From a virus, in the IMG/VR virus record IMGVR_UViG_3300045974_000167, positions 19,560 to 83,559 of that record: 64,000 bases of DNA; one strand, 5' to 3'. Under the pieces are notes generated by a model. That model did no database searches and was not told the origin of the DNA. It was given only the letters and a program-made list of their open reading frames with translations. Of the stretch, positions 18,284 to 28,198 are shown in pieces; within the stretch, counting starts at the first letter, position 1; each line of letters opens with the position of its first letter. The translations under genes and the position numbers were made by a program.

Positions 18284-19575
18284 TCAATCTGACTGAAATC
18301 CCGTTATGGACGGACGCTATGGCTGTCTATCCATACTCGGAAGGTATGGAGGCGGCGTTCACGTTTGTCTCTACCTACGGTGATGAAGTCAAGATGGCTG
18401 TGCGTAGCGGCAACCATATCCTTGTGCCCCGCCGTGTCGCCCCATTGGGTGGGCATGACAAACGGGTGAGTCGGCCGCTTCCTGCAATCGATTGCAAGAT
18501 GCCGCCTCTGGATGTGGAACAGGCTGGGTGTATTTCTTCCTCGCTGAAACTTCTACAGAACGGGGTTGACCACGTTCTAGAGGCCCCTACCGGGTTCGGC
18601 AAGACCTATATCGGTTCGGCAATCGCGGCGCGACTAGGACAAGCGACCCTGATTGTGGTCCCTAAACAGGACTTGATGGATTCTTGGTACAAGACCCTGA
18701 TCAATCTTGTGGGAGTAACCCCGGATGATATCGGAATCGCCCAAGGCGCTAAACTCGACTACAAAGGCAAACGATTCGTACTCGGCATGGTACAAAGTAT
18801 CATCCGACCCGGCAAGTATGAAGAAGATTTCTACCGATCTTTTGGATTGGTTATCTTCGACGAAACGCATCGTATGGCTGCGGAATGTTTCTCCCGAGCC
18901 TGCATGTTGTTTCCTGGTATGCATAGACTCGGACTTTCCGCCACTCCTAAAAGAAATGATGGAAAAACACCTGTCATTAGTGCCCATATCGGGCCTGTCC
19001 TCGTTAGAGGTGTCACCGTCCCCATGAGCCCGAAAATCCTCGTAGAGAGCACCGGTTGCGGGCTCCCTTCGTGGATGGACAACATCGACCCCGGTAGGAT
19101 GATGGCTGCCTACGGGGCGTTGTCCAAGAATACCCAACGTAACGAAAAGATCGTAGGTTTCACCAAGAATGCCTACGGCAAGGGTCGGACTATAGTGCTC
19201 ATGTCAGACCTCATTTCACACCTAAATCTCCTTAGCAACATGCTGATCCAGGCGGGCATCCCTCCCACGGATATCGGGATGTATACCGGCGAGGTTCAGC
19301 GTGTCCTGCTCAAGCCCAACGCCAACAAGCGGGTAATCCTCGCCACCTATGGAATGTGCTCCGAGGGCACAGACTATCCGCATTGGGATACCCTGATCAT
19401 GGTAACCCCCCGCGCTAACATCAAACAGCCGTTAGGGCGTATTCTACGTAAGAAGGCTGGCAAACCCACCCCCGTTGCCCTCGACCTAGTTGATAGCGGG
19501 CGCATCTTCAAGGGCTTCTACTACAAACGCTTGAAGCAATACCATGAGGTAGGAAGCGAGGTCGTTCAGCTATGA
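18268..19575 (+). CDS. SF2 DExH helicase (UvsW/ResIII-like)
   Basis: APTGFGKT, IFDETH, GLSATP.R.DG, SEGTD.P, QPLGRILR. Confidence 0.9.
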   Translation: MEKRLINLTEIPLWTDAMAVYPYSEGMEAAFTFVSTYGDEVKMAVRSGNHILVPRRVAPLGGHDKRVSRPLPAIDCKMPPLDVEQAGCISSSLKLLQNGVDHVLEAPTGFGKTYIGSAIAARLGQATLIVVPKQDLMDSWYKTLINLVGVTPDDIGIAQGAKLDYKGKRFVLGMVQSIIRPGKYEEDFYRSFGLVIFDETHRMAAECFSRACMLFPGMHRLGLSATPKRNDGKTPVISAHIGPVLVRGVTVPMSPKILVESTGCGLPSWMDNIDPGRMMAAYGALSKNTQRNEKIVGFTKNAYGKGRTIVLMSDLISHLNLLSNMLIQAGIPPTDIGMYTGEVQRVLLKPNANKRVILATYGMCSEGTDYPHWDTLIMVTPRANIKQPLGRILRKKAGKPTPVALDLVDSGRIFKGFYYKRLKQYHEVGSEVVQL

Positions 19576-20018
19576 GCAACGATACTCTGACCACCACCAA
19601 GGTTTCTTCGTTTAAGAAGTGGTACGACGCTAACAAGGAAGAATTCGCAAAGAGGCGGCGCGAGAGATACCATGCTGATGAAACTTTCCGGAAGAATGCC
19701 CTCGAAAGGTCAGCCTCTTACCGTAGAGGTAAGAGGGTTGAGGAACGCGGCCTCCCTCCCGGCTATTCTGTTACTCACTCGGATGCTTGCGAGAAACTGG
19801 GCATTGAGGCACCCGTTCTGCGAGCCTGGGCACGAAAGAACTACTACCCCGAACCCTTCCAGGCCAACAAGCGTATCTATTTCACAGAAGGGCAGATAAC
19901 CCTGCTAACGCACTTAGTTGCATTCTTCCAGATGCAGCCACCGCATCGTCGTCTTGGGCCTATTGCTCTAAAGAAACTAGACGAACTTACCTCCTACATC
20001 CACGCGAACTGGAACTAG
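19572..20018 (+). CDS. MerR-like HTH DNA-binding protein
   Basis: SDACEKLGIEAPVLRAWARKNYYPEP...RIYFTE. Confidence 0.65.
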   Translation: MSNDTLTTTKVSSFKKWYDANKEEFAKRRRERYHADETFRKNALERSASYRRGKRVEERGLPPGYSVTHSDACEKLGIEAPVLRAWARKNYYPEPFQANKRIYFTEGQITLLTHLVAFFQMQPPHRRLGPIALKKLDELTSYIHANWN

Positions 20019-20019
20019 A

Positions 20020-20490
20020 ATGGCTATCAATATGAAGCCCCCTGCGGGGATTCCGCAGGTGAAATCGGTTGCAAAGTACGACGAACATTTAGCCAAGGCT
20101 GCCACAGAAGAAGAGGCACTAACGGCTAAGGCAATGGCGGCAATCAACCTTCCCAACGAATTCATCCAGCATCTAAAGTCCCCGTCCTCCACCGGTACGG
20201 TGAAGGTTGATCACCTCAAGACTGACTACGGGAAGAAGACCGTAACCCCTGTGGAGGAAACCACTGAGTCGATGGTTGCCCCGCCCATTCCGCTCGATAA
20301 GCTGCACAATCTGGCGGTTGCGGGAAAGATGACTATCAATCTTGGTAACTACGAATCTGCCCAGATCATGGTGTCTCTCACGGTTCCATGCACCAAGGAA
20401 ACCCTAGAGGACGCCTATGCCTACGCCTCTGATTGGGTGTCCGACAAGATCGAGTCTGCTGTTGCCAAGGCGAAGAAGGGTAACTCCTAA
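20020..20490 (+). CDS. Hypothetical phage protein
   Basis: TINLGNYESA motif, common in phage replication regions. Confidence 0.6.
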   Translation: MAINMKPPAGIPQVKSVAKYDEHLAKAATEEEALTAKAMAAINLPNEFIQHLKSPSSTGTVKVDHLKTDYGKKTVTPVEETTESMVAPPIPLDKLHNLAVAGKMTINLGNYESAQIMVSLTVPCTKETLEDAYAYASDWVSDKIESAVAKAKKGNS

Positions 20491-21704
20491 TGGGTGTTTC
20501 CATCAAGAAGATCGCCGCCGACCCCGCGACATTACCCGTTGAACCCGTAGACCTCTCCCCAATTTCAACCCCCATCCAGGCAAAGCCCGAGAAGAAGAAC
20601 GGCAAAACTCCCGCCCCCGACTCCGCAAATCTAGACCATATTCTTGCGGCGGTACGTAAAGAAAAGGGCGATAAGATTGCCGTCAAAGGTAGCCAGATCC
20701 CCGATGTTGAGAGAATCCATACCGGCGTCTGCGAATTCGACGTAGGAACTGGCGGCGGATTCCCCAAGGGGCGCATCACCATCGTCTACGGTGTCGAATC
20801 CTCGGGCAAGACAAATCTCGCTCTAAAGGCAATCGCTTACATCCAGAAGTATTACCCGCCCGGAAAGAATCGGTGCGCCTTCATCAATCTCGAAGGCACG
20901 TTTGATCCTGCTTGGGCTACTAAAATGGGGGTGGACGTTGACCAGCTTGATGTCATTAATCCGGCATACGGAGAGGAAGCTGTTGACATTACGGATGCGG
21001 TCCTCCGAGCATCCGATCTTGCTATCTGCGTCGTGGACTCAATTGCTGTCATGGTATCAAGCAAGGAAATCGCCAAGTCTGTCGAAACCGCAGACATGGG
21101 AACTTCCGCCATCCTCATCAAGAGACTATGCAACAAGGCTGTCATTGCTCTCGCAGAAGAAGCCAGAAAAGACCACTACCCCGCCCTCGTCCTTATCAAC
21201 CAGCGACGTTTTAAGGTGGGTGTGATGTTCGGGGATCCCGAAACGATGCCCGGGGGCGAGACAATGAAGTTCCTGTCCAGCCTTACCGTGCGACTCTACG
21301 GGAAGAACATTGTAGACAAGAACTACCACCCCGACATTCCCTGCTGGAAGGACACCAGCGTAATCGTCAAGAAGGCCAAGATTCCTGTTACTTCGGCCAA
21401 CTTTGAGTACAAGATGGCGATGATGCCTGTTGGCGATATCGATATCGGGGATACGGACTCTTGGAACTTTGTATCCGGGTACCTCAAGTCCAACGGGACG
21501 CTTGTGAAGGAGAAGGAGGGGTGGCGTATGAAGATGCCCAACCTCAAGCCTGCCATCATGCCCACCCTCGCTGGGTGGGAGGAACAGTACGTCTGTGATC
21601 TTGGCTTCCGTGTGAATTGTCAGCAGGAAGTCGTGAAAATGCTACAGGATAAGAAGTTCACCGTTGCGGAGAAGGAAGAGTCCGCGCCTGCCGTTGATAA
21701 GTGA
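20490..21704 (+). CDS. recA: RecA-like recombinase
   Basis: GGGFPKGRI, YGVESSGKT, VVDSIA, INQRRFKVGVMFGDPETMPGG. Confidence 0.93.
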   Translation: MGVSIKKIAADPATLPVEPVDLSPISTPIQAKPEKKNGKTPAPDSANLDHILAAVRKEKGDKIAVKGSQIPDVERIHTGVCEFDVGTGGGFPKGRITIVYGVESSGKTNLALKAIAYIQKYYPPGKNRCAFINLEGTFDPAWATKMGVDVDQLDVINPAYGEEAVDITDAVLRASDLAICVVDSIAVMVSSKEIAKSVETADMGTSAILIKRLCNKAVIALAEEARKDHYPALVLINQRRFKVGVMFGDPETMPGGETMKFLSSLTVRLYGKNIVDKNYHPDIPCWKDTSVIVKKAKIPVTSANFEYKMAMMPVGDIDIGDTDSWNFVSGYLKSNGTLVKEKEGWRMKMPNLKPAIMPTLAGWEEQYVCDLGFRVNCQQEVVKMLQDKKFTVAEKEESAPAVDK

Positions 21705-21711
21705 GGCTGTC

Positions 21712-21876
21712 ATGGTGGAGGGGGAAGTTGCTAGGGAGTATGCGCGGGTTATTTGCGACAAATGCCGGGGGCAGGGATGTGAACCCAACTGGGCCACGCG
21801 CTGTGAGAGGTGTAACGGCGCTGGCTCTATGCTTGTACCGGTGACCAAAGATGAACCCGTATCTAAAACGGCTTGA
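21712..21876 (+). CDS. Small DnaJ-type CxxCxGxG zinc finger protein
   Basis: CDKCRGQG and CERCNGAG. Confidence 0.5.
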   Translation: MVEGEVAREYARVICDKCRGQGCEPNWATRCERCNGAGSMLVPVTKDEPVSKTA

Positions 21877-22207
21877 AAAGAGTGGTTCTTCGGGGCATGG
21901 AAAAAAGTCTGAAAAGAGGGTGGCTAAATCCCTAGCCGCCCGACTCACGCCCGCCAGCGGGGCTCTGCGGGGCGCTAAGGGGGACTTTAAGACAGAAGTA
22001 TATCTGTGCGAAGCCAAGAGCACGGTGAAAACTTCTCTCCCGATAGAACTAGCCTGGATGGTTAAAATCTCTGTAGAAGCACTCAATACCGGCAGGGTTC
22101 CTGCGGTCGCCCTTAGTTTCGTGACCCCTGACGGTTCTGCTAAGGCTTACGGTGATTGGGTGGCTATCCCCAAGCATGAATTTCAGCGGTTGACGGAAGA
22201 TAGATGA
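21851..22207 (+). CDS. PD-(D/E)xK nuclease, Hjc-like resolvase
   Basis: E.RVAK.L.ARLTPASGA...KGD...LCEAKST. Confidence 0.7.
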   Translation: MNPYLKRLEKSGSSGHGKKSEKRVAKSLAARLTPASGALRGAKGDFKTEVYLCEAKSTVKTSLPIELAWMVKISVEALNTGRVPAVALSFVTPDGSAKAYGDWVAIPKHEFQRLTEDR

Positions 22208-23109
22208 AATTCCTAGAGAACGCTGTGAAGAAGGCCCACGGCCCTACACACAGCATCATCCAAGCGTTGAAGGAACACCTAGGAAAGCCCCTCAAGGCTC
22301 GTTCCCACAAAGAGATCCATGCCTCCGACCTGACCAAAGAGCACTTCTGCCCGCGAGAGGTAGCTCTACTTGATACTCTGATCCTTACCCGTAAGGATCA
22401 GCACGTAGGTACGGCTATGCGGGTGACGTTCGACGTTGGGGAACTAACGGCTAAGGCGTTCACGGACAAGTGGCTGCGCGATAAGGTAGTCGGTGATTGG
22501 TATTGTCTGCGCTGTGCGGCTATGCGTAGGTTTGTGAAGTACCCCGACCCTACCGACTCCACCGGGGGCTGTAGCACTTTGGGCCATTTATGGGAACACA
22601 TGGAGATCCGGTTTAAGGACGAGTATTTCCAGTATTCAGGTGCAATCGATTGCATTCTTGACCTAGGAGCGCCGAAGCTCACGATTGTCGAGCTTAAAAT
22701 CATGGCACCCGAAATGTTCGCCAAGCTTGAGGCCCCGCTTGCCGAGCACCGGATCCGCACCAACCTCTACATGAACCTAGTTGAGAACTCGAAACACCCG
22801 AACAAGGACAAAATCAATACAAAGTGGGCCAAAATCCTGTATATCTCGCGGGGCTACGGGAAGAAGGGGGAATCCGGAGAAGTCCTACCCTTCAAAGAGT
22901 TCGATGTAGAACGCAACGATGATGATTTAGAGACTCCGCTAGGTAAGGCCCTCGCGGTTAAACACTTTAGAGTAACAGGCCAAATTCCTGGGGGCATCTG
23001 CCCTTTTTCCTATTCCCCGGAAGCAAAATCGTGTACGGTGAATAATCAATGCTTTTCCGGAAAGTACCCCCCCGTTAAAGGACTTGACTCCAACGGCGGG
23101 AAGTATTAA
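22204..23109 (+). CDS. Cas4-like PD-(D/E)xK exonuclease
   Basis: HASDL...FCPR, SGAIDCIL..IVELK, C-terminal C..C..C cluster ligands. Confidence 0.75.
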   Translation: MKFLENAVKKAHGPTHSIIQALKEHLGKPLKARSHKEIHASDLTKEHFCPREVALLDTLILTRKDQHVGTAMRVTFDVGELTAKAFTDKWLRDKVVGDWYCLRCAAMRRFVKYPDPTDSTGGCSTLGHLWEHMEIRFKDEYFQYSGAIDCILDLGAPKLTIVELKIMAPEMFAKLEAPLAEHRIRTNLYMNLVENSKHPNKDKINTKWAKILYISRGYGKKGESGEVLPFKEFDVERNDDDLETPLGKALAVKHFRVTGQIPGGICPFSYSPEAKSCTVNNQCFSGKYPPVKGLDSNGGKY

Positions 23110-23141
23110 TACATGGGTACAACGATTGAGGCAGGAACCGA

Positions 23142-23681
23142 GTGCCCGTAACGATAACGAAAAAGCTTGTATCGGTGCCATCCGCTACAAGCATCCTGGG
23201 ACGGGTGATGGGTGTTGACCCGTCAACGTACACCGGCATAATTGTACTAGACGGTGATACGGTAGTGTGTCGAAAAGTAATCAATTTCCCCGAAGTAGAG
23301 GGGTATAAGCGGTTGCAACTGATTGCACGGGAGTTTATGAGGTTGGTACGGATGAACACGCCGCGCCATATCTTCATCGAGCAACAGATTTTCGGCGGCA
23401 AGTTCAACCACGCCGTACAGGGTCAAATCAGCGCACTACTCAGAATGTCGTTGTTTGAGTACGGCGAGCCGTGGTACGACGTAACTCCTACCACGCTGAA
23501 GAAGTGGGCGACGGGAAGCGGTAAGGCTGACAAAAAACAGATGAAGTCAGCGGTACTTGCTAAGTGGGGATTTGATTCAAAGAGTGACGACGAAGTAGAT
23601 GCGTATGCAATCGCCCGTCTTGGGCAATTCGTAGTCGGCTCACCGTCGCCTACGATAAAGGGTGTAAATAAAGGAGTGTAG
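23142..23681 (+). CDS. ruvC: RuvC-like Holliday junction resolvase
   Basis: MGVDPS, IFIEQ, TPTTLKKWATGSGKADK, DEVDAYAIA. Confidence 0.88.
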   Translation: MPVTITKKLVSVPSATSILGRVMGVDPSTYTGIIVLDGDTVVCRKVINFPEVEGYKRLQLIAREFMRLVRMNTPRHIFIEQQIFGGKFNHAVQGQISALLRMSLFEYGEPWYDVTPTTLKKWATGSGKADKKQMKSAVLAKWGFDSKSDDEVDAYAIARLGQFVVGSPSPTIKGVNKGV

Positions 23682-23685
23682 AACA

Positions 23686-24444
23686 ATGGATACCAAGGAC
23701 TTCAAGCGCAACTCGTACAAGCTGCTTTCCCCGAAGACCGCGAAGGAGGGCTTCCGCGCCGTAGCCCGCAAGCGCCGTGATGTCAACGTCGCTAGCTCGA
23801 TCCTCAACATCGCGGCTGCGACCAACACCTTCCAGGGTGCCGTTGCAGAGCACATCCACCCCGGCGTTCAGCTTAACGACAAGCTGCGCGGCGCGGCCAA
23901 GCACGCCCTCGGCCCGTGCCTACAGCACGCCGTTGCTCTCGCCAAGGTGCTGAAGGTGAAGGTGCCCTCGTCCCACCGCAAGATCAAGTCGAAGAACACG
24001 GTGACCGGCGGCATCATGGACATCACCCGCCTGGGCGGCGACCTGCTCTACACCTACGTTGCAGCCGTTAACTCTGCTCGCGTAGTCCCCCTCACCGCCG
24101 AGGAGATCGCTGCCCTCCCTGCCCCCAAGCCGGTTGCCGAGGGCAAGAAGGCCAAGGTTGCCAAGACCGACAAGATCGTTGTTGATCCTGTCAACGTCGA
24201 GGTACTCAAGGTTCAGCTTTCCGCCTACCTCGCCGCTGTCTACGAGTTCTCCTGGCTGATGCTGCACGGTCCCGTTGCCGATGTCATGGGCGCGCACATC
24301 GCGCAGATCACGCCGAATCACCCCAAGGGCTTCTTCGACGCTCCCCCGAAGAAGGAGATGCCGAAGGGGTTAGTTCCCCGGAAGAAGAAGGATGCCGCCG
24401 CCGTGGTCGCCAAGGCAGAGGCAAAGAAGGCTGTCAAGGCGTAA
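23686..24444 (+). CDS. Basic hypothetical protein, possibly a degenerate MazG-like helical fold
   Basis: Helical repeats resemble an all-alpha NTP-PPase but lack the acidic EExxE motifs; Lys/Ala-rich tail; strongly GC3-biased. Confidence 0.55.
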   Translation: MDTKDFKRNSYKLLSPKTAKEGFRAVARKRRDVNVASSILNIAAATNTFQGAVAEHIHPGVQLNDKLRGAAKHALGPCLQHAVALAKVLKVKVPSSHRKIKSKNTVTGGIMDITRLGGDLLYTYVAAVNSARVVPLTAEEIAALPAPKPVAEGKKAKVAKTDKIVVDPVNVEVLKVQLSAYLAAVYEFSWLMLHGPVADVMGAHIAQITPNHPKGFFDAPPKKEMPKGLVPRKKKDAAAVVAKAEAKKAVKA

Positions 24445-24472
24445 AACAAACCGTCCATCGAGGCTTTTTCGA

Positions 24473-24501
24473 TTGACTTACATGGCGCGGTAATCTACGA
24501 T
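24473..24501 (+). promoter_or_regulatory. sigma70-type promoter; TGG variant at the fixed spacer position
   Basis: TTGACT-tacaTGGcgcggtaatc-TACGAT. Confidence 0.7.
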
Positions 24502-24544
24502 TCATCCACTTGCGGATTTCCCCGCGCCAACGGAGTGTAAAAAA

Positions 24545-25330
24545 ATGAGCGAAACCCCTGTTTCTGATGTGCAGGCTACGACCGAGGCTCCCCCCGTAGA
24601 GAAGGTTGCCAAGGCCAAGGTGAAGGCGGCTGGCAACTTCATCATGGACACCGCCACCGAGATCGAAACCCTCACCAAGACCAAGGCGCTGAATTACGCC
24701 GACAAGCTTGCCGAGGACATCGACAACAACAGCTTCAAGCTCGGCGGCTGCCTCAAGGTGATCCTCGATAACGGTTGGTTCGAGGGTGCCGAATCGTTCG
24801 GTGAGTTCGTCGCCAACCGGTTCGGGTTTCAGGAGCGTAAGGCCCGCTACCTGATGGAGATTTACGAGAACCTCGTTTCCAAGCAGATTCCTTGGGAGAA
24901 GGTTCAGATCCTAGGGTGGTCGAAGCTGAAGGATCTCGCCAAGCACCTGACGCCAGAGAACGTCGATGAGTGGGTCGCCAAGGCCCAGAACGTGACGGTC
25001 ACCGAGCTTCAGGCGATGCTCAAGGCCACCGCGTCGGACTCCCCCGACAAGACGACTTCGGACACCACCACGCTGAAGTTCAAGTTCAAGAACGACCAGC
25101 TTGAGACTGTTCAGTCGGCGCTGTCGAAGGCGAAGGCCGAGACCAACACCGAGTTCGACAACGTTGCCATCGAGAACATCTGCGCTGGCTACCTCGGCGG
25201 CACGGTCGCCGCTGCGAAGGGCGCTGACCTCAAGACCCAGATGCAGGGCGCTGGGTGGGAGGCTGTCCTGGGAATCTTCGGAGAGCTGTTCCCGAAGGTT
25301 GACCTCACGGTTTCGGTGCAGGACGGGTAG
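24545..25330 (+). CDS. Putative DNA-binding protein (DUF3102-like helical/HTH)
   Basis: FKLGGCLKVI...SFGEFV...FGFQERKARYLMEIY...LGWSKL. Confidence 0.55.
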   Translation: MSETPVSDVQATTEAPPVEKVAKAKVKAAGNFIMDTATEIETLTKTKALNYADKLAEDIDNNSFKLGGCLKVILDNGWFEGAESFGEFVANRFGFQERKARYLMEIYENLVSKQIPWEKVQILGWSKLKDLAKHLTPENVDEWVAKAQNVTVTELQAMLKATASDSPDKTTSDTTTLKFKFKNDQLETVQSALSKAKAETNTEFDNVAIENICAGYLGGTVAAAKGADLKTQMQGAGWEAVLGIFGELFPKVDLTVSVQDG

Positions 25331-25359
25331 ATAGGAACGGGTTACCCGTTGGCAACCAT

Positions 25360-25400
25360 GACCCCACCTGGGAATCCTCCCACGGTGGGGTCTTGTATTT
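25360..25400 (+). terminator. Intrinsic terminator
   Basis: GACCCCACC-TGGGA...TCCCA-GGTGGGGTC stem followed by TTGTATTT. Confidence 0.6.
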
Positions 25401-25409
25401 CACAATGGA

Positions 25410-25703
25410 GTGTTCCCCATGTTTTTTAATCCCAAGATTATTGTTTTAGAAACGTGGGCCGGTAAGAACGGCTCAGGTGCCGAGATTTGCAACTACCGGT
25501 GTGCGTGTAGAACCTGCGGCGCGTCGTGGACAATGACGGGGCACCCTGATTGGAACATCCGGTGCTTTCAATGCCAAGAGTCTACTTCCCCCGCTAGTTT
25601 CTTCCGTAGACTGAGGGAAGACTTTGCTGCTGGCGAATTCAAGTACGTCCCTAACGTTGATGGCACCAATCATCGCGTGCGTGATGGCTATAATAATCAG
25701 TAA
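25410..25703 (+). CDS. Zn-ribbon hypothetical protein
   Basis: CRTCG...CFQC; ATGGAG RBS. Confidence 0.55.
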   Translation: MFPMFFNPKIIVLETWAGKNGSGAEICNYRCACRTCGASWTMTGHPDWNIRCFQCQESTSPASFFRRLREDFAAGEFKYVPNVDGTNHRVRDGYNNQ

Positions 25704-26016
25704 GCAAGCCAAGAAGATTCTGAATCGCTCCGAAGTCCACGTTGAAAAGGTCAAACCGGTCCACAAAACCGGCACCCTCGTCCCCTCTACGAATGACCCT
25801 AATAGTTCCGTATTGGCTGCCCTGTGGGCTCTGCCCGGTCGCCCCGGTCAAACCCTTATGATCGTTAAACGCGCCACCGGTAGAACTTACCGAGTCATCT
25901 GCTACAACCCTGTTACTAGAGTAATGGGCCTAGCCAGTGAAGAACTGGCGGGCCATACCTTCGATGCACCTTACACTGAAGATGCGGAGGCCAGATACAC
26001 GCCACTATGGCGTTGA
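25684..26016 (+). CDS. Hypothetical protein
   Basis: ORF fills the gap up to the next promoter. Confidence 0.55.
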   Translation: MAIIISKQAKKILNRSEVHVEKVKPVHKTGTLVPSTNDPNSSVLAALWALPGRPGQTLMIVKRATGRTYRVICYNPVTRVMGLASEELAGHTFDAPYTEDAEARYTPLWR

Positions 26017-26035
26017 GTGCAACTGATTGCAGGAT

Positions 26036-26064
26036 TTGACAATCCTAGAGTGTTGATGTAATCT
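26036..26064 (+). promoter_or_regulatory. sigma70-type promoter of the modification cluster, with a TGCA-N6-TGCA palindrome at 26018-26031
   Basis: TTGACA-atcctAGagtgttgatg-TAATCT; CCATGGAGGGA RBS. Confidence 0.75.
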
Positions 26065-26083
26065 CCCGAAATCCCATGGAGGG

Positions 26084-27025
26084 ATGATGGAACAAAAAGA
26101 GATGTTCCCTGCGGTAACAGGGAACAGCCCAGCGCACCACTCCCAGGTGATGAGTGCGTTCATCAAGTGCATCCGGCTACGTCGAACCGACGACGCGGTG
26201 TACTGGTTCACGCACTTCAACCACTTCTGGCCGAAGGAACAGTTCCGGCTGACCCGCCGCATCCTGATCTGTTCAGCGGAAGATTGCATCGATGTCCCGG
26301 TGCAGAAGGAGGTCGCGGCGTGGTTTATCGGGGCCATCAATCAGAAGGATAGGACGGCGTGGTATCGTGGCGCTGTCGCCAAGATCCATCTGATTTGCGC
26401 CACACGTAACTGGTGGTGGCAACCGACCGGACGACGCTACGTCGTTCGATGGACGGAGACTGAACGAACACTGGGGCTCCTGCCGGAACTAACTAAGTCC
26501 GAGCTAGTAAAACTCCCTGTCGATTTCGATAAAGAGGGTGTAGCCCTAATTCAGCATATGCTACTCAATGCTGGATTTGAAGATTACAAGGCTAGAGGTG
26601 CATACGCTGCGATGCTTGAAGAGAGAGCGCGCACCACAGAAAATATGTCGGCGCGACTTTCTGCTGGAATCCATCGAAAGTACGCAAAGCTTCTCGGGAA
26701 GGATGAGAATTTCACGGGCCAAGCTCTGTATAAACTTGCCGGGGGAAGTCTTGGGATTAATGCTTACCCTGCAATAAAGGCAGAGGATGTCAGAGATTCC
26801 GTTCATAAGGCCCTAACGCGGTTGAAGAATCCAGAGAAGACGCCTTCATGGACCCACGACGGAATCCATTGCTATGGTAAAGATAGGCGATTTGCAGGCG
26901 TCCTTCGCAGTATGGTTGGATGCTGTAACGCATTTAGCCATTACGGACGCCTTGACCCCGCCGACGAATTCACTGAGGAAATGTATGAGCTCTCCAATGT
27001 CAGCTTCTCCCACAAGCTTCTTTAG
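26084..27025 (+). CDS. Stand-alone RarA/MgsA C-terminal-like helical protein (no ATPase domain)
   Basis: SAFIKCIR...DDAVYW...RRILICSAED resembles MgsA SAxxKSxRGSDxDAAxYW...RRLxxxASEDIG. Confidence 0.6.
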   Translation: MMEQKEMFPAVTGNSPAHHSQVMSAFIKCIRLRRTDDAVYWFTHFNHFWPKEQFRLTRRILICSAEDCIDVPVQKEVAAWFIGAINQKDRTAWYRGAVAKIHLICATRNWWWQPTGRRYVVRWTETERTLGLLPELTKSELVKLPVDFDKEGVALIQHMLLNAGFEDYKARGAYAAMLEERARTTENMSARLSAGIHRKYAKLLGKDENFTGQALYKLAGGSLGINAYPAIKAEDVRDSVHKALTRLKNPEKTPSWTHDGIHCYGKDRRFAGVLRSMVGCCNAFSHYGRLDPADEFTEEMYELSNVSFSHKLL

Positions 27026-27599
27026 GGATGATACAGAAACCCTGTACGTTGTCTCTGCCCATGAGCACGGGGCAACGTCCAAGGCCCTGTTCAGCCCAGA
27101 GGAATTGCACGATTCCCGTGTAGAACGCGCAGGGGAATTGCTCAAGATGGCGGCGGTGCAGGGGGATACTGTCCTAGATGTTGGATGCGGCTATGGCTCG
27201 CTAATTCCACACGTTCCGGCAGGTGTTAAGTATGTGGGGATGGACCCCAATCCAGCTTTTCTCAAAAAGGCAAGCGAGGATTACCCATCTACCTTGTTTA
27301 TCCACTCTGGGATTCCCCTGGCCGATAACATACCACCACCACTCTGCGATTACGTCGTTAGTCTCGGAGTTGCGTGTCACCTCATGTCCGGTGTCGCGTC
27401 CCTTGTTTGGTACGCTCATAAGCTCCAGTTAATGGCCCGTAAGGGCATCATTATCGAGATTCAAACACCAGCGTACAACGGCTCCTTCACCAAGTTTAGC
27501 ACGGAAGAGATCGTGCAGGCATTCTGCCAACGCATAAAAGCAGAGAATACACTATCCCACCCGAAGGATAGCGCCTCGACTTACCTGTTCTTCCTATGA
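26985..27599 (+). CDS. Class I SAM-dependent methyltransferase
   Basis: VLDVGCGYG, YVGMD, DYVVSLGV motifs. Confidence 0.8.
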   Translation: MSSPMSASPTSFFRDDTETLYVVSAHEHGATSKALFSPEELHDSRVERAGELLKMAAVQGDTVLDVGCGYGSLIPHVPAGVKYVGMDPNPAFLKKASEDYPSTLFIHSGIPLADNIPPPLCDYVVSLGVACHLMSGVASLVWYAHKLQLMARKGIIIEIQTPAYNGSFTKFSTEEIVQAFCQRIKAENTLSHPKDSASTYLFFL

Positions 27600-28198
27600 G
27601 CGTCCTAATCGTTAAAGCCTCACCCATCGAAAAGAAGTACAAGACAATTGCTGCCGATCCCCCGTGGGCTGAACACGGCGGCGGCAAGGTGCAGCGGGGG
27701 GCTGACCGGCACTATGACCTGATGAAAACTGCTGAGATTGCGGCGTTTGGTATGCGCGTGCAACTGATTGCAGATAAGGACGCCCACCTCTACCTTTGGG
27801 CCACGAACAACCACCTAGAGGATGCTCTATCCATCCTCCCCGCGTGGGGATTCAAGTTCGTGACAATGATTACGTGGGTCAAGGAAGGTAAACCCGGCCT
27901 GGGTCAATACTTCCGTGGACTTACTGAGCATTGCATCTTCGCCAAGCGCGGACAACCCACCTACCGCGTCGGAATCAACGGCAAGAGGGCACAAGGGCTT
28001 ACTGCACTTCTAGATGAAGGTCGCGGCCTCTGGTTCAAGGCCAAACGTGGCAAGCACTCTGAGAAACCTGCCCAGTTATACACTTGGGCACGTTCCGTTA
28101 GCCACGGACCCTACCTTGAAATGTTCGCCCGTGTCGCCCGCCCAGGTTGGGATAGCTGGGGAATCGAGGCCCCCACTTCTACCAAGGTCAATCTATGA
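27596..28198 (+). CDS. MT-A70 family N6-adenine methyltransferase
   Basis: ADPPW, HY.LM, HLYLWATN, WGF..ITWVK, GLGQYFRG.TEH, HSEKP, LEMFAR..RPGWDSWG. Confidence 0.92.
   Translation: MSVLIVKASPIEKKYKTIAADPPWAEHGGGKVQRGADRHYDLMKTAEIAAFGMRVQLIADKDAHLYLWATNNHLEDALSILPAWGFKFVTMITWVKEGKPGLGQYFRGLTEHCIFAKRGQPTYRVGINGKRAQGLTALLDEGRGLWFKAKRGKHSEKPAQLYTWARSVSHGPYLEMFARVARPGWDSWGIEAPTSTKVNL

Noticed and set aside
22204-23109. Cas4-like gene as evidence of a CRISPR-Cas system
   Set aside because: Stand-alone Cas4-like exonucleases are common in phage recombination modules; no other cas genes or array.
27596-28198. MT-A70 m6A as the cause of the AG/DGG pattern
   Set aside because: m6A cannot explain exclusion of TGG/GGG (the GG and its CC complement contain no A) and is not known to block RNAP so strongly. 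Retained only as an accessory modification.
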